64,000 nt of DNA from Nitrososphaeria archaeon (GCA_050011875.1 JBEKIG010000004.1:65589-129588); one strand, 5' to 3'. Shown: positions 38,128-47,767, counted from the stretch's first letter. A program made the numbers and translations. Notes: generated by a model from the sequence alone, not told the origin.

Positions 38128-39192
38128 CTAAAGCATCTTCATTCTTTTATATTCGCTCATACATGGGTTGCCTATTGTGTAGTGGCATTCAGATCTGCTG
38201 ATGTCGAATATAGTTGAAGCAAGTGTCTTGGATGCTCCCGAAACGCCTGGCTCTTCGCTTGCGTGTCTACAAATAGAAAAGGGCAGGTCGTAGTGGTCTC
38301 TAAAGATGCTTTTGACATCGTTTACGTCAACTTTATACCCTAATTTTTTGATCAGATAATTTGCTCGAAGCTGCCTAGTCCAAGAGCATGATGAAACATT
38401 TCTATTGAGATCCTTGAATCTGCTGCCTAGAAAATGATTCGTATGAACGATCAGCCCATGCTCATCTGGTTCAATGTATTCAGTGTCCGCAGGTGTAATT
38501 TCAACATCCAACAATAGGTCCTTTTTAGCCATTAGAAAGTTTATGGAAGACGACCTTTTAGCTTCCTGAATCAATTCAAATGCTTTCGTCAAGTTCTTCG
38601 AATTGAGTATGGACCAGGATAGAACGGACACCAATGGCACACCGAGTTTGTGACCGTCTTCCTTTGATTTTAAGGCGTTGATGCATAAAGCGACACCTTC
38701 CGAATTCAAGCCTCGGTGGGAGAGAGAACCGGCTTCCACCTGTGTCATAACCTTCGGATTATTGTCTATTTTGAACTCTAAATTGACGATCCCTTTTTCT
38801 ATCTCTCTGTTAAGATCCCAATTCTGTGCTATCATCGCTAAACCATCAGACTGTACTCCAATCGATGTGCAAGAGTCCTTCTTCGAAAAAAATAGCTCGT
38901 ATCTGTAATTAATTGTAAGAATGTCTTCAAAAGGCAGTTTAGCGCCATCCGCTATACCATTCATGACTTCGATCGTTTTATCGTTGAAAGACCTGATCTC
39001 ATCCAATCCCCTCTTTGACATCTCCCTTAGCTTACCCCAGCTTAGACCATTAACTTCTTGCAAGATTATCTTGAAAGATTCCAGGTTCATTGCAATTCTA
39101 TCTTTAGCTTTTTCCCCATATACTAAACCAACCTGATAGGGGCTACCATATGCTTTGATTGTTGGGACATCCTGCACCTTTTCATTTTTCAT
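38128..39192 (-). CDS. Peptidase C45 / acyl-CoA:6-aminopenicillanic acid acyltransferase-like Ntn-hydrolase
   Basis: Ntn-hydrolase-like, with an internal Cys nucleophile candidate (DSCTSIG) and QNWD motif. Confidence 0.5.
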   Translation of the reverse strand: MKNEKVQDVPTIKAYGSPYQVGLVYGEKAKDRIAMNLESFKIILQEVNGLSWGKLREMSKRGLDEIRSFNDKTIEVMNGIADGAKLPFEDILTINYRYELFFSKKDSCTSIGVQSDGLAMIAQNWDLNREIEKGIVNLEFKIDNNPKVMTQVEAGSLSHRGLNSEGVALCINALKSKEDGHKLGVPLVSVLSWSILNSKNLTKAFELIQEAKRSSSINFLMAKKDLLLDVEITPADTEYIEPDEHGLIVHTNHFLGSRFKDLNRNVSSCSWTRQLRANYLIKKLGYKVDVNDVKSIFRDHYDLPFSICRHASEEPGVSGASKTLASTIFDISRSECHYTIGNPCMSEYKRMKML

Positions 39193-39444
39193 TTACATCT
39201 GCAACAATCAACAACTCTATTAGCGTATATTAGCTTTTTACTCTTTTATTACGTTTAAAAATGCATGTTACTGGTTTAGGTCTAAAATGTTAGGTTCAAC
39301 TCGATATTCAATTTGAGTAATTTGGTTGATCGCGGCCCTAAATCGTGTTCCAAGAAGTTAATCAAGATCTGATCTAACTTTCTTTCATCTTTAAAAGTTT
39401 GAGAAAAGCCGCCAGCAATAAAAAAGCTTTAGATTTTTTAAATG

Positions 39445-40224
39445 CTATATCTCGAACTTATTAATTATCCTGCTCTCTAGCTCCCCAGTTACCTCAGCGA
39501 CAACGTGTATGTACTCTTGGATTCCAGAGTTAACAATCCTAGGCTTTAACAGCTCGTCTATCTGGAACACACCAGCAGAATTGGACATCGTTATTCTTAT
39601 GGTAACCAGTTTTTCCTTTCCTTCCTCTATGTTCACCTTCTCGATAGAGAGAGCTGAAACAGAATGTATATCTATGTTTCCCGCTTGAAATGGAATCCTA
39701 GCCCTTCCTTTCTCCATATCCAAGGCATCAGCGATGCACACGATACCCGCCTCGATCGTCAAAGGCTTGTGTGGCTCTTCATGTGATACAATTACATGAA
39801 GCACTTCAGAGAGAATGATCGTGCGCTCTTCTTCTGAGTATATGCTACCCAAGTATTTCTCAACGATTTGAGAAGCTAAAAGCGCACCGTACATCTCATG
39901 CAGCTCCCTTGTCACCGTCATACCTAAGTCATGACAAATCGAACCGAGGACCACTATAACTTCAGAGTCTTCGTTTTTCATACCATAATTTTTAACGGCG
40001 CTCGGAATAATCCCTTTCTTAATCAAGATTCTTAAAATTTTCAAAGCAGAGTTAGCCACAATTTTGACATGTGTGGGACCATGATCAGTGTAACCCATTC
40101 TATCTATGGCCATTACATTTGAACATTTCCATAAAGTTCTCAAAGTTACATCTTTCCTAACCTCTCTAATTACATGCTCAAGCTTTGAATTTCCCTTGAA
40201 GGGTATGTTGAAGACGTATGACAT
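39445..40224 (-). CDS. HD-domain phosphohydrolase
   Basis: HGPTHV ... ICHDLG (H...HD) metal-binding motif. Confidence 0.6.
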   Translation of the reverse strand: MSYVFNIPFKGNSKLEHVIREVRKDVTLRTLWKCSNVMAIDRMGYTDHGPTHVKIVANSALKILRILIKKGIIPSAVKNYGMKNEDSEVIVVLGSICHDLGMTVTRELHEMYGALLASQIVEKYLGSIYSEEERTIILSEVLHVIVSHEEPHKPLTIEAGIVCIADALDMEKGRARIPFQAGNIDIHSVSALSIEKVNIEEGKEKLVTIRITMSNSAGVFQIDELLKPRIVNSGIQEYIHVVAEVTGELESRIINKFEI

Positions 40225-40440
40225 CTAGCATTACTCTCTGATATAGATCATTTTTGTTCAGACGTCGATATTTAAACAATTTCTTTTTAAAATCCATTTG
40301 ATTTATCAATTTTCAAGATTTAAAGCTACAGTAAGCATATTTGTTGCCTTCAGCCAAAAGAGTTGATATTGTTATATCCGCTTTGATGCTTCAACTGTTC
40401 TTCAAAGCGGTTTTTCTGCCCTTATGAAACATAAAGCAGA

Positions 40441-40782
40441 TTACATATTGCTTTTTAGCCCACCACTAAGATCCATAACTTCAACATAGACGTCTTTGGC
40501 TTCTTCCTTACTTTTGACTCCATAAACAACCATACTGCGTGTCTTCGTAAGACTTTTGCGTTTCCCTGCAGGCAGTTCGATTGGAACGATTTCAGAATTA
40601 GACACTCGAATAGAGTAGTGAGCGGAGAGTTCGCCCACTACTTGATTCATATTCAATAGCATAGGAGCATTCCTGTACATACTGAACTCGCATCTACATA
40701 GCTCCTGGATTTGAATTTCTTTATCATTAGATTTTTCTCGGCTGGCGAACACCAAATCTAGCACCCCATCATAATCGAGCAT
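40441..40782 (-). CDS. Candidate ThiS/MoaD-like beta-grasp sulfur-carrier protein with a C-terminal extension (ends ...DVYVEVMDLSGG-LKSNM)
   Basis: The C-terminal pattern D-x-hhhh-x-x-S-G-G is as in MoaD/SAMP/CysO (DEVAFFPPVTGG), but it is followed by 5 extra residues. It lies last in the E1-TusA-DsrE gene string. The true start may be the internal Met (MLLNMNQ...). Confidence 0.4.
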   Translation of the reverse strand: MLDYDGVLDLVFASREKSNDKEIQIQELCRCEFSMYRNAPMLLNMNQVVGELSAHYSIRVSNSEIVPIELPAGKRKSLTKTRSMVVYGVKSKEEAKDVYVEVMDLSGGLKSNM

Positions 40783-40863
40783 AGAGAGCTCTATTTACTA
40801 AACATATTGACATAAAAGAGCACGCAGCCATTTTACAACCTATGTTTCTTACAATTCTATTCT

Positions 40864-41232
40864 TTAAAAACAGATGACAGCATCTGCTTCAAGCGCTAAA
40901 TCGTTCAAGGTAGCAGCACCTACGATTCCAGCTTCAGAAATGAAGTCTCCACGTGGAATAGTCAGCAGTTGGCAGCTCTGTTCACACACCGTAAGCTTTA
41001 CTCCCGCCTTTATCGCCTGGTCCATTACTTCTTTGAGCGATGGGAAACCGCCTATTTTTATCTTTTCAGCTTCTCCCTTCTTGACTATCGTTACACCCTT
41101 TATTACGAAATAGATTGTCGCCTCTACGTTCATCATTTCTGCAGTGGCCGCTAGAATAAATGGCGCATATGTGCGTTCTGGTGTGTCAACACCGCTTGTT
41201 TGAACATACAGTATCTTTTTTTTCTCAGACAT
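40864..41232 (-). CDS. DsrE/DsrF (YchN)-like sulfur-relay protein
   Basis: DsrE-fold size (122 aa) and conserved-Cys region (CEQSC). Confidence 0.6.
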   Translation of the reverse strand: MSEKKKILYVQTSGVDTPERTYAPFILAATAEMMNVEATIYFVIKGVTIVKKGEAEKIKIGGFPSLKEVMDQAIKAGVKLTVCEQSCQLLTIPRGDFISEAGIVGAATLNDLALEADAVICF

Positions 41233-41256
41233 TTTCTCACCTCCAATTAATACTGT

Positions 41257-41493
41257 TTACTTCACCTTCCTGATTAAAAGCTGAACCCCTTTTCCTGCGG
41301 AATTCACGCCTAACAGCTCCTGTCCTAAATTCTTAACAAGACTTCTTATATCCGATTCCGCCGCCGGGTCATCAGCGAGCACTTCCAATACTTCGCCAAC
41401 CTCCATCTTGTCAAGTTCAATTCGAGTCCTAAACACAGGTTCCGGACAGTAGAAACCTATGCAATCCAATGTTCGGTCTACTTTTTTATTCAA
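41257..41493 (-). CDS. tusA: TusA-like sulfurtransferase
   Basis: LDCIGFYCPEP (CPxP motif); 78 aa. Confidence 0.85.
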   Translation of the reverse strand: MNKKVDRTLDCIGFYCPEPVFRTRIELDKMEVGEVLEVLADDPAAESDIRSLVKNLGQELLGVNSAGKGVQLLIRKVK

Positions 41494-41630
41494 AAAAGAC
41501 TCGACTCATCGATGATCAATTACAGTGTTATATTTATAACTTTTTATTTGAGTGTAATTATATATATGTAAGCATCCGCTCTCTGAAATAATCTAAAGTT
41601 CTAGGTCAAAATGCATTTAGTAGATTTCTT

Positions 41631-42647
41631 CTATTTAATATTCGAAAGTGGAACATTTAGTCCTTCGATTACTATTCTACTGTAAAGGTCATATGCTTTC
41701 TCTTCATTTTCTAATCCTTCAACGATCATTACCCCGCTCTTTAGGATACTTGCTTTAAGATCTGATCCTTTATCGAACGTTATACCTAAATCGGTTTTGA
41801 CTTTGATCTTAAACTTGCTCTTTTCCAAAAGTGAAAGAAGATCATTTATTTTCAAGGTTAGGTTTTTTCTTGGTGTTATCATGAAAACCCGTTTTCTTTT
41901 TCTACCACAGATTTCCGTAACCAGTTGTACTTGAAGAGGTTTCGGCGGGCGTAATGGTCTTGAGCCACATACGGGACAATCCTCTGCCTTTGATATATCG
42001 ATCGCCTGGAATGTCAAAGATCCAACGTCGCAGTAAAATAGTTTGTTCATAAGGTTAGGCGTCTGTCCGAGAATAATCCTTGCAGCCTCTGACACTTCAA
42101 TACTAGCTATAATGTTTATGATCGAAGGTTGGACTCCAACTACGGCACAGGTCGGTAGCATTTGATCCTCTAAGTTTCCTTGAAAACATTCTAGGCAGGC
42201 GGTTTTACCGGGTATTATCGTTGACACGCTTCCGTAGGTTGTAATTGCAGCACCAAAAATGTATGGTACATTATATGCCTGACAAGCCCTGTTTAATGCG
42301 TAGCGTGGAGCTATATGATCCAGGCCATCGACAACAACATCCATATCGCAGACAATGTCTCCAGCGTTTTCTGAGTTCAAGGATAAGGGGAGAGGTTCCA
42401 CCTCTATGTTGGGGTTATACTCGTGCAGCCTTTTCGCTGCGATCTCAACCTTAGGGTAGCCTATGAAGTCTACACCGTAGAGGGGTTGTCTCTGGAGATT
42501 AGAGAGCTCGATAATATCTTGATCGACCAAACGCAGGTGACCTACTCCCATTCCAGCTAGCAGCAGTGCAGCTTGAGAACCAAGTCCTCCAATTCCGACT
42601 ATGCAGACTCTAGCGTTTCTAAGTTTCAATTGCCCATTATAACCCAT
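41631..42647 (-). CDS. E1-like adenylyltransferase (MoeB/ThiF/UbaA family) with a C-terminal ~110-aa extra domain
   Basis: IVGIGGLGS nucleotide-binding motif; CLEC...CPVC zinc site; non-rhodanese C-terminal extension. Confidence 0.8.
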   Translation of the reverse strand: MGYNGQLKLRNARVCIVGIGGLGSQAALLLAGMGVGHLRLVDQDIIELSNLQRQPLYGVDFIGYPKVEIAAKRLHEYNPNIEVEPLPLSLNSENAGDIVCDMDVVVDGLDHIAPRYALNRACQAYNVPYIFGAAITTYGSVSTIIPGKTACLECFQGNLEDQMLPTCAVVGVQPSIINIIASIEVSEAARIILGQTPNLMNKLFYCDVGSLTFQAIDISKAEDCPVCGSRPLRPPKPLQVQLVTEICGRKRKRVFMITPRKNLTLKINDLLSLLEKSKFKIKVKTDLGITFDKGSDLKASILKSGVMIVEGLENEEKAYDLYSRIVIEGLNVPLSNIK

Positions 42648-42847
42648 ATCAGGTAGAACAATTTGACGGGAGTAGAATTCAAGTTCATTTTCTGAAAGCT
42701 TCTTTGCTTTAACCTTAGGCGTTTTCGTTCACCCCTCTAAAACTGTAACTTAGATGACCTTTTTCAAGAAAACCGATGTAAAACCGGTTTAATCGAGGAT
42801 TTCGGTACAGCATTCAAACTTCTTCCTATGCATTAAGGTCATCAACA

Positions 42848-44002
42848 TCAGGCTTTTATTGGCGAAATCTTCCTTAATTTTTTTACAGTTTTGGGCAAAG
42901 CTTCCAGGATGTAGTCCACATCTTCATCTGTCGTGTACCTTCCCAAAGATATTCTTAAGCTTCCGTGGATTTCTTCTGGTTTTAATCCAAGGGCTAGTAG
43001 CACGTGACTCGGTTCCCCTGAGCCTGATGAGCACGCGGAACCTGTGGACGCAGCTATCCCCTCATCGCTAAGAAGCATGATTAGGGATTCACCTTCGATA
43101 AAAGAAAATCTAAAATTGTTTATGTTTGGTAATCTCTTAGTAGGGTGTCCGTTCAGGTAGGTCCTTTCAATTTCTAACACGCCCTTGGTTAGACGATTGC
43201 TCAAAGCTGTCAGCCTCTGCGCTTCTGACACCATCTCCTCCTTTCTAATCTCTACAGCTTTAGCGAACCCCATTATACCCGGGACGTTCTCAGTGCTGGA
43301 CCTTAGACCGAATTCGTGGCCTCCTCCGTGCAGCAAGGGCTCAATTTTTACTCCTTTCTTTATGTAAAGTGCGCCAACCCCCTTCGGCCCATAAATCTTG
43401 TGGGCGTTAACCGTCATAAGGTCTATGTTCATTTCTTTAACGTCTATGGGAATTTTACCGAAGCTTTGAGCTGCGTCGGTGTGGAAGAAGGCGCCATATC
43501 CGTGACATAGCTTTCCAATTTCCTTCAACGGCTGTATGGTACCAATTTCGTTATTGCCATGTATAATGGAAACCAAGGAAACACCATTCTTCAAAGCTTT
43601 TTCAAGTTCCTCCAGATTTAATAGACCGTACTTGTCGACAGGTAGATAAGTTATTTTAAAGCCCTCTTTTTCCAGCCAAATAGCCGTATTTAGAACACTG
43701 TCATGCTCTATGGTAGATATGGCGATGTGCGTTTTACCATTTTCTTTATTGAGAGCAAAGCCTTTTAGGGTCAGGTTATTCGCTTCAGTAGCGCTTCCAG
43801 TAAAGATCAATTCTTCAGGCTCAGCTTTAACCATTCCAGCAACTGTCTTCCTCGCTTCATCAATGGATTTCCTCGCCTCTAACCCGAAGCTGTGAATAGA
43901 TGAAGCATTGCCGTAAATTTCGGTAAAATAAGGTCGCATGGTTTCAAGTACTCTGGGGTCTAAAGGCGTTGTCGCAGCATAGTCGACGTAGATTCTTCTC
44001 AT
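42848..44002 (-). CDS. iscS: Cysteine desulfurase (IscS/NifS class V aminotransferase)
   Basis: YVDYAATTP start, the PLP-Lys region (NAHKIYGPKG) and active-site SSGSACSS. Confidence 0.85.
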   Translation of the reverse strand: MRRIYVDYAATTPLDPRVLETMRPYFTEIYGNASSIHSFGLEARKSIDEARKTVAGMVKAEPEELIFTGSATEANNLTLKGFALNKENGKTHIAISTIEHDSVLNTAIWLEKEGFKITYLPVDKYGLLNLEELEKALKNGVSLVSIIHGNNEIGTIQPLKEIGKLCHGYGAFFHTDAAQSFGKIPIDVKEMNIDLMTVNAHKIYGPKGVGALYIKKGVKIEPLLHGGGHEFGLRSSTENVPGIMGFAKAVEIRKEEMVSEAQRLTALSNRLTKGVLEIERTYLNGHPTKRLPNINNFRFSFIEGESLIMLLSDEGIAASTGSACSSGSGEPSHVLLALGLKPEEIHGSLRISLGRYTTDEDVDYILEALPKTVKKLRKISPIKA

Positions 44003-44051
44003 GACTTATCCTCTTTTTTAGTATGTGGTCGATCCATTATTCAAGATTTAA

Positions 44052-45101
44052 TCACTCTTTCTTTAACCTAGATCGTGTAATATAACCGTTCACTTTGGCG
44101 CCAGCTGGAATCGAGGAAGTTATCCAGGAGTTTCCTCCTATGACAGCATTATCCCCTATGATTGTTTCGCCTCCGAGAATAGTTGCATCGGAATAAATAA
44201 CTACGTTGTTTCCAACTGTAGGATGTCTCTTACGCCCCCTTATGATCTGCCCTTTCTCGTCTTTGGGAAAACTTAGGGCACCTAAGGTTACACCTTGGTA
44301 GATTTTCACATTATCTCCGATCTCCGTAGTTTCTCCTATGACAACGCCTGTTCCATGGTCGATAAAGAAGTTTCTTCCGATCTTTGCTCCGGGGTGAATA
44401 TCGATACCTGTTTGAGAGTGGATATATTCGCTCATTATTCTAGGAATCATCGGAACGCCTCTTATGTAAAGCTCGTGAGTTATCCTGTAGGTTGCGATGG
44501 CAAGAACGCATGGATAACTTAGAATGATCTCGTCGGTGCTCTTAGCAGCAGGATCTCCATCGTAGGCTGCTTGAATGTCTCCACTTAGAAGGGTTCTTAT
44601 TTCAGGAATCTTCTCTAGAAGCTCCTTTACAACAACTTGTGCCCTTCTGTAGCAGACATCTTCAGGGCATTTTTTAATCCTTCGGCAAACGTACTTGAGA
44701 CTTTTCCCTACTTCATTAACGAGACGAAAATAGATCGAGTTTAAAGTGTTGCCTAGAAAGTACCTAACATTGGATTTTGTTACTTTCTTTTTACCCATGT
44801 AGCCAGGGAAAATTGTTGCTAAAAGGTCTTCTAGTACCTCGATGACTACCTGTTTCGATGGAAGATCTTTTCCTTCTAGGCTTTTCATTTCCCCATGGCT
44901 TTTGTAGCTTTCCATAATCTCTTCGACGAGCTTTGGTAAACCTTCCTCGACCCAATTTTCTTCCACTATCTTTTGTTCTTTAATAATCATCTCCAGCATT
45001 TGCTCTGGACTCCATGCGTAAGGCATCTCCTCGTTTCGCTCTTCTTCTTTAAAGCGAGATCGATCTGATGTAGACTTCATTTGCTTTCTCATCTTTATCA
45101 T
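44052..45101 (-). CDS. cysE: Serine O-acetyltransferase (hexapeptide-repeat LbH) with an N-terminal extension
   Basis: Left-handed beta-helix hexapeptide repeats ([14 protein letters not shown]...) plus the SAT N-terminal helical domain. Confidence 0.75.
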   Translation of the reverse strand: MIKMRKQMKSTSDRSRFKEEERNEEMPYAWSPEQMLEMIIKEQKIVEENWVEEGLPKLVEEIMESYKSHGEMKSLEGKDLPSKQVVIEVLEDLLATIFPGYMGKKKVTKSNVRYFLGNTLNSIYFRLVNEVGKSLKYVCRRIKKCPEDVCYRRAQVVVKELLEKIPEIRTLLSGDIQAAYDGDPAAKSTDEIILSYPCVLAIATYRITHELYIRGVPMIPRIMSEYIHSQTGIDIHPGAKIGRNFFIDHGTGVVIGETTEIGDNVKIYQGVTLGALSFPKDEKGQIIRGRKRHPTVGNNVVIYSDATILGGETIIGDNAVIGGNSWITSSIPAGAKVNGYITRSRLKKE

Positions 45102-45249
45102 GAATACAATAGTACAACACTAAGATAGGGGTCTCCTATATCTTGATTATTTTTTGATTTAAGGGGATTAAAGACGTACTTCAAAACATTTACTGCACCT
45201 AAAGTTAAAACTTTTCTCATGACTTTCCTACTCATATTACGGCTGTGTG

Positions 45250-45268
45250 TTTATAACGCCGTTATAAA
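45250..45268. promoter_or_regulatory. Perfect palindrome TTTATAAC-GCC-GTTATAAA, ~150 bp upstream of the cysE start
   Basis: Seen directly in sequence. It shares the ATAAC-N3-GTTAT core with the sites at 46411 and 46804. Confidence 0.45.
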
Positions 45269-45449
45269 TCTTTTGTTTTTAAAACTTCATATAATTCAAA
45301 TAAGTAGTTATTTTTCACTATCTAATTCTCGTCTCTGCCATCTCATCTTTGGAAATTGCATTTTTTTTGCTCGTGATCGATTTAAGTTTTAGCTCAACTT
45401 TAAAAATCTTGGAATAGGGAGTGTGGCGGGATATCTTTCAACAGCGTCC

Positions 45450-46394
45450 TTAGGGTTCGTTCACTTCGGGTTCCTTAAACAGGGTGGTACTCAAATATCG
45501 TTCGCCAGTGTCTGGAAACACAACTATAATGAGCTTACCATCGTTTTCACGTCTCTTCGCTACTTCAAGGGCAGCGTAGCATGCTGCTCCAGATGAGATT
45601 CCAACGAGCAAACCCTCTTCCTTTGCGAGGCGTCTAGCAATGTTGAAGGCGTCATCGTCTCTGACCTGAAAGATTTCATCCACAATATCCCTACGGAAAA
45701 CGTCCGGTACAAAACCCGCTCCTATTCCCTGTATCTTATGGCGACCAGGCTGTCCACCTGAGAGAACAGGTGAGTTTAAGGGTTCAACTGCTATGATTTT
45801 TAGGCTGGGCTTTAACGGTTTGATATATTCGCCTATTCCTGTAACAGTGCCCCCTGTCCCAACTCCGCCAACTACTATGTCTACCTGCCCGTCTGTGTCA
45901 TCCCATATTTCTACTGCAGTTGTTTCCCGATGTATCTTTGGATTAGCGGGGTTCTTGAACTGCTGTGGTATGAATGAGTTTGGTGTGCTTGCTGCGACCT
46001 CTTCAGCCCTTTTGATCGCACCCTTCATCCCCTCAGCCCCAGGCGTGAGAATAAGTTCTGCACCATATGCTTTAAGGAGAGATCTTCGCTCAGCGCTCAT
46101 CGTATCAGGCATTGTCAATATGAGCTTGTAGCCTCTTACAGCCGCAACCATAGCGAGCCCAATACCAGTATTACCGCTGGTAGGTTCGATTATGATCGTA
46201 TCCTTATGGATCAATCCTTGTTTCTCAGCCTCTTGAATCATACTCAAGCATATCCTATCCTTCACACTTCCCCCAGGGTTTCTTGACTCGAGTTTCGCGA
46301 CAATTGTAGCTTTCAAGCCCTCTGTAATTCGGTTCAGTTTGATTAAGGGAGTCATACCGATGGTCTTTAACACATCATCGTAAATTTTTAGCAT
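45450..46394 (-). CDS. cysK: Cysteine synthase / O-acetylserine (or O-phosphoserine) sulfhydrylase, PLP-dependent
   Basis: [24 protein letters not shown]-terminus, PLP-Lys region (SVKDR) and GTGGT loop. I placed the start at the internal ATG (46394), because the track's GTG at 46416-18 lies inside the upstream palindrome. Confidence 0.85.
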   Translation of the reverse strand: MLKIYDDVLKTIGMTPLIKLNRITEGLKATIVAKLESRNPGGSVKDRICLSMIQEAEKQGLIHKDTIIIEPTSGNTGIGLAMVAAVRGYKLILTMPDTMSAERRSLLKAYGAELILTPGAEGMKGAIKRAEEVAASTPNSFIPQQFKNPANPKIHRETTAVEIWDDTDGQVDIVVGGVGTGGTVTGIGEYIKPLKPSLKIIAVEPLNSPVLSGGQPGRHKIQGIGAGFVPDVFRRDIVDEIFQVRDDDAFNIARRLAKEEGLLVGISSGAACYAALEVAKRRENDGKLIIVVFPDTGERYLSTTLFKEPEVNEP

Positions 46395-46410
46395 ACACCT
46401 TAAGTTATGG

Positions 46411-46428
46411 TATAACACTGTTATAAAT
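46411..46428. promoter_or_regulatory. Palindrome TATAAC-ACT-GTTATAAAT, 17-34 bp upstream of the cysK ATG (promoter position)
   Basis: Seen directly in sequence. It overlaps a TATA-like element. Confidence 0.5.
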
Positions 46429-46470
46429 CTTTGTAGATTGTCTTGTTTTTAACCAGTAAATGGGAACTCA

Positions 46471-46791
46471 CTATTTTATTAAGGTAAACACAAGGGTGCA
46501 AATACCACATAGGTCTACTTCTACTTTCTTTGACTTTTTTGCATCAGCTATTTTTCCTGCTTCTGAACCAATAATTTTTATTATTTCCTTATTAGCTAAC
46601 AGTTTTTTAGTCAATTTTCCACCCCTCTTTGAACTAATATATTGACTAACAGCAGCCTGCGTTATTCCAAGTACCTTAGCTGCATGCGATTGGGAGAAAC
46701 CGTGTTCTTCAACAAGTTCCTTTGCGATAAGTCCTCTTATGGTTGGAAGGATGTATTTTGTCGCTCTCTCACATTTCGGCCTGACAACCAT
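46471..46791 (-). CDS. Small HTH DNA-binding transcriptional regulator
   Basis: Predicted helix-turn-helix FSQSHAAKVLGITQAAVSQYIS; 106 aa; lies immediately upstream of cysK. Confidence 0.6.
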   Translation of the reverse strand: MVVRPKCERATKYILPTIRGLIAKELVEEHGFSQSHAAKVLGITQAAVSQYISSKRGGKLTKKLLANKEIIKIIGSEAGKIADAKKSKKVEVDLCGICTLVFTLIK

Positions 46792-46803
46792 TATTTTGAA
46801 TTA

Positions 46804-46820
46804 ACTTAACACTGTTATTA
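46804..46820. promoter_or_regulatory. Palindrome CTTAAC-ACT-GTTATTAA, 13-29 bp upstream of the HTH regulator start
   Basis: Seen directly in sequence. A third copy of the ATAAC-N3-GTTAT-like site. Confidence 0.45.
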
Positions 46821-46954
46821 AAAGTTTGCTTTAAATTCAACACTCAGGTATAATAAAACTTTTGTATAATTTCCATTTCCTCTTTTAAAAGTTGTAAACA
46901 CAAGGCTTTGAATGTTTTTATAGTGAAGTTGCTAGAAAAGTTTAGAAGGTTAAT

Positions 46955-47767
46955 ATGTCTCGGAAAAAAAATGATAAAACAAATTTTATATCTTTAGCAG
47001 AGCTAGTTTCTTTAAGGGGAAAAAGAGCGTTAATTACAGGTTCAGGAATTGGCAAGGCAATGGCCTATAGGTTTGCTGAAGCAGGTGCTAGTCTACAGTT
47101 AGTTGATATTAAAGAAGAGAGCTTAGTTGTAATGAAAGAAGAACTCGAGCAGTTTAGTACGGATATAAGTGTTCATAAGGTTAATCTGTCCAAGAAAGAG
47201 GAAATCGACTCTTTATGGAAAGAGTTAGAAGGAAAAGAGCCCGACATTTTGGTTAACAATGCTGGAATATATCCAACTAAGTCATTTTTGGACGTAGATG
47301 AAGCTTTCCTGGAGAAAGTGATGGATATTAACCTGAACACTGTTTTCTGGATGTGCCAACACATGATAAAAAGCAGGCTGAAAATGGGTGGTGTAATCAT
47401 AAACATGGGCTCAATTGAAGCTATAATGCCTTTTAAAGAGGATATGTGCCATTATGATATCAGTAAGGCAGGAATTATGGTTCTCTCAAGAGCTCTTGCT
47501 AGCGAATACGGTAAGCATGGCTTTAGAATAAATGTCCTAGTTCCAGGTGGAATATGGACACAAGGGACTAAGAACCTGGCAAAAGAGGCAATAAAATTCA
47601 AACCGAATATCATCAAGTCTGGCATAGAATACAACATGAAGACTCCTTTCGGCAGATTGGGAAAGCCGGATGAGATAGCACGTATGGCCTTGGTTCTCGC
47701 AACCGACTTGTCCAGCTACGTTAATGGAACACTTATTGCCGTTGACGGGGGCTTTCTATCAGCTTAA
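46955..47767 (+). CDS. Short-chain dehydrogenase/reductase (SDR) family oxidoreductase
   Basis: TGSGIGKAMA Rossmann motif and catalytic YxxxK (YDISK). Confidence 0.85.
   Translation: MSRKKNDKTNFISLAELVSLRGKRALITGSGIGKAMAYRFAEAGASLQLVDIKEESLVVMKEELEQFSTDISVHKVNLSKKEEIDSLWKELEGKEPDILVNNAGIYPTKSFLDVDEAFLEKVMDINLNTVFWMCQHMIKSRLKMGGVIINMGSIEAIMPFKEDMCHYDISKAGIMVLSRALASEYGKHGFRINVLVPGGIWTQGTKNLAKEAIKFKPNIIKSGIEYNMKTPFGRLGKPDEIARMALVLATDLSSYVNGTLIAVDGGFLSA

Noticed and set aside
46416-46418. GTG start codon used by the ORF track for cysK (MLYHNLRC...)
   Set aside because: It lies inside the palindromic promoter-like element. The conserved CysK N-terminus (MLKIYDD...TPLIKLNRI) begins at the internal ATG 24 nt downstream, so I annotated the start at 46394.
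45250-46820. Possibility that the three palindromes are merely generic TATA boxes
   Set aside because: Not fully rejected. The conserved AAC/GTT flanks, the fixed 3-nt spacer and the occurrence only in the sulfur cluster argue for a specific operator, but a genome-wide count is needed.
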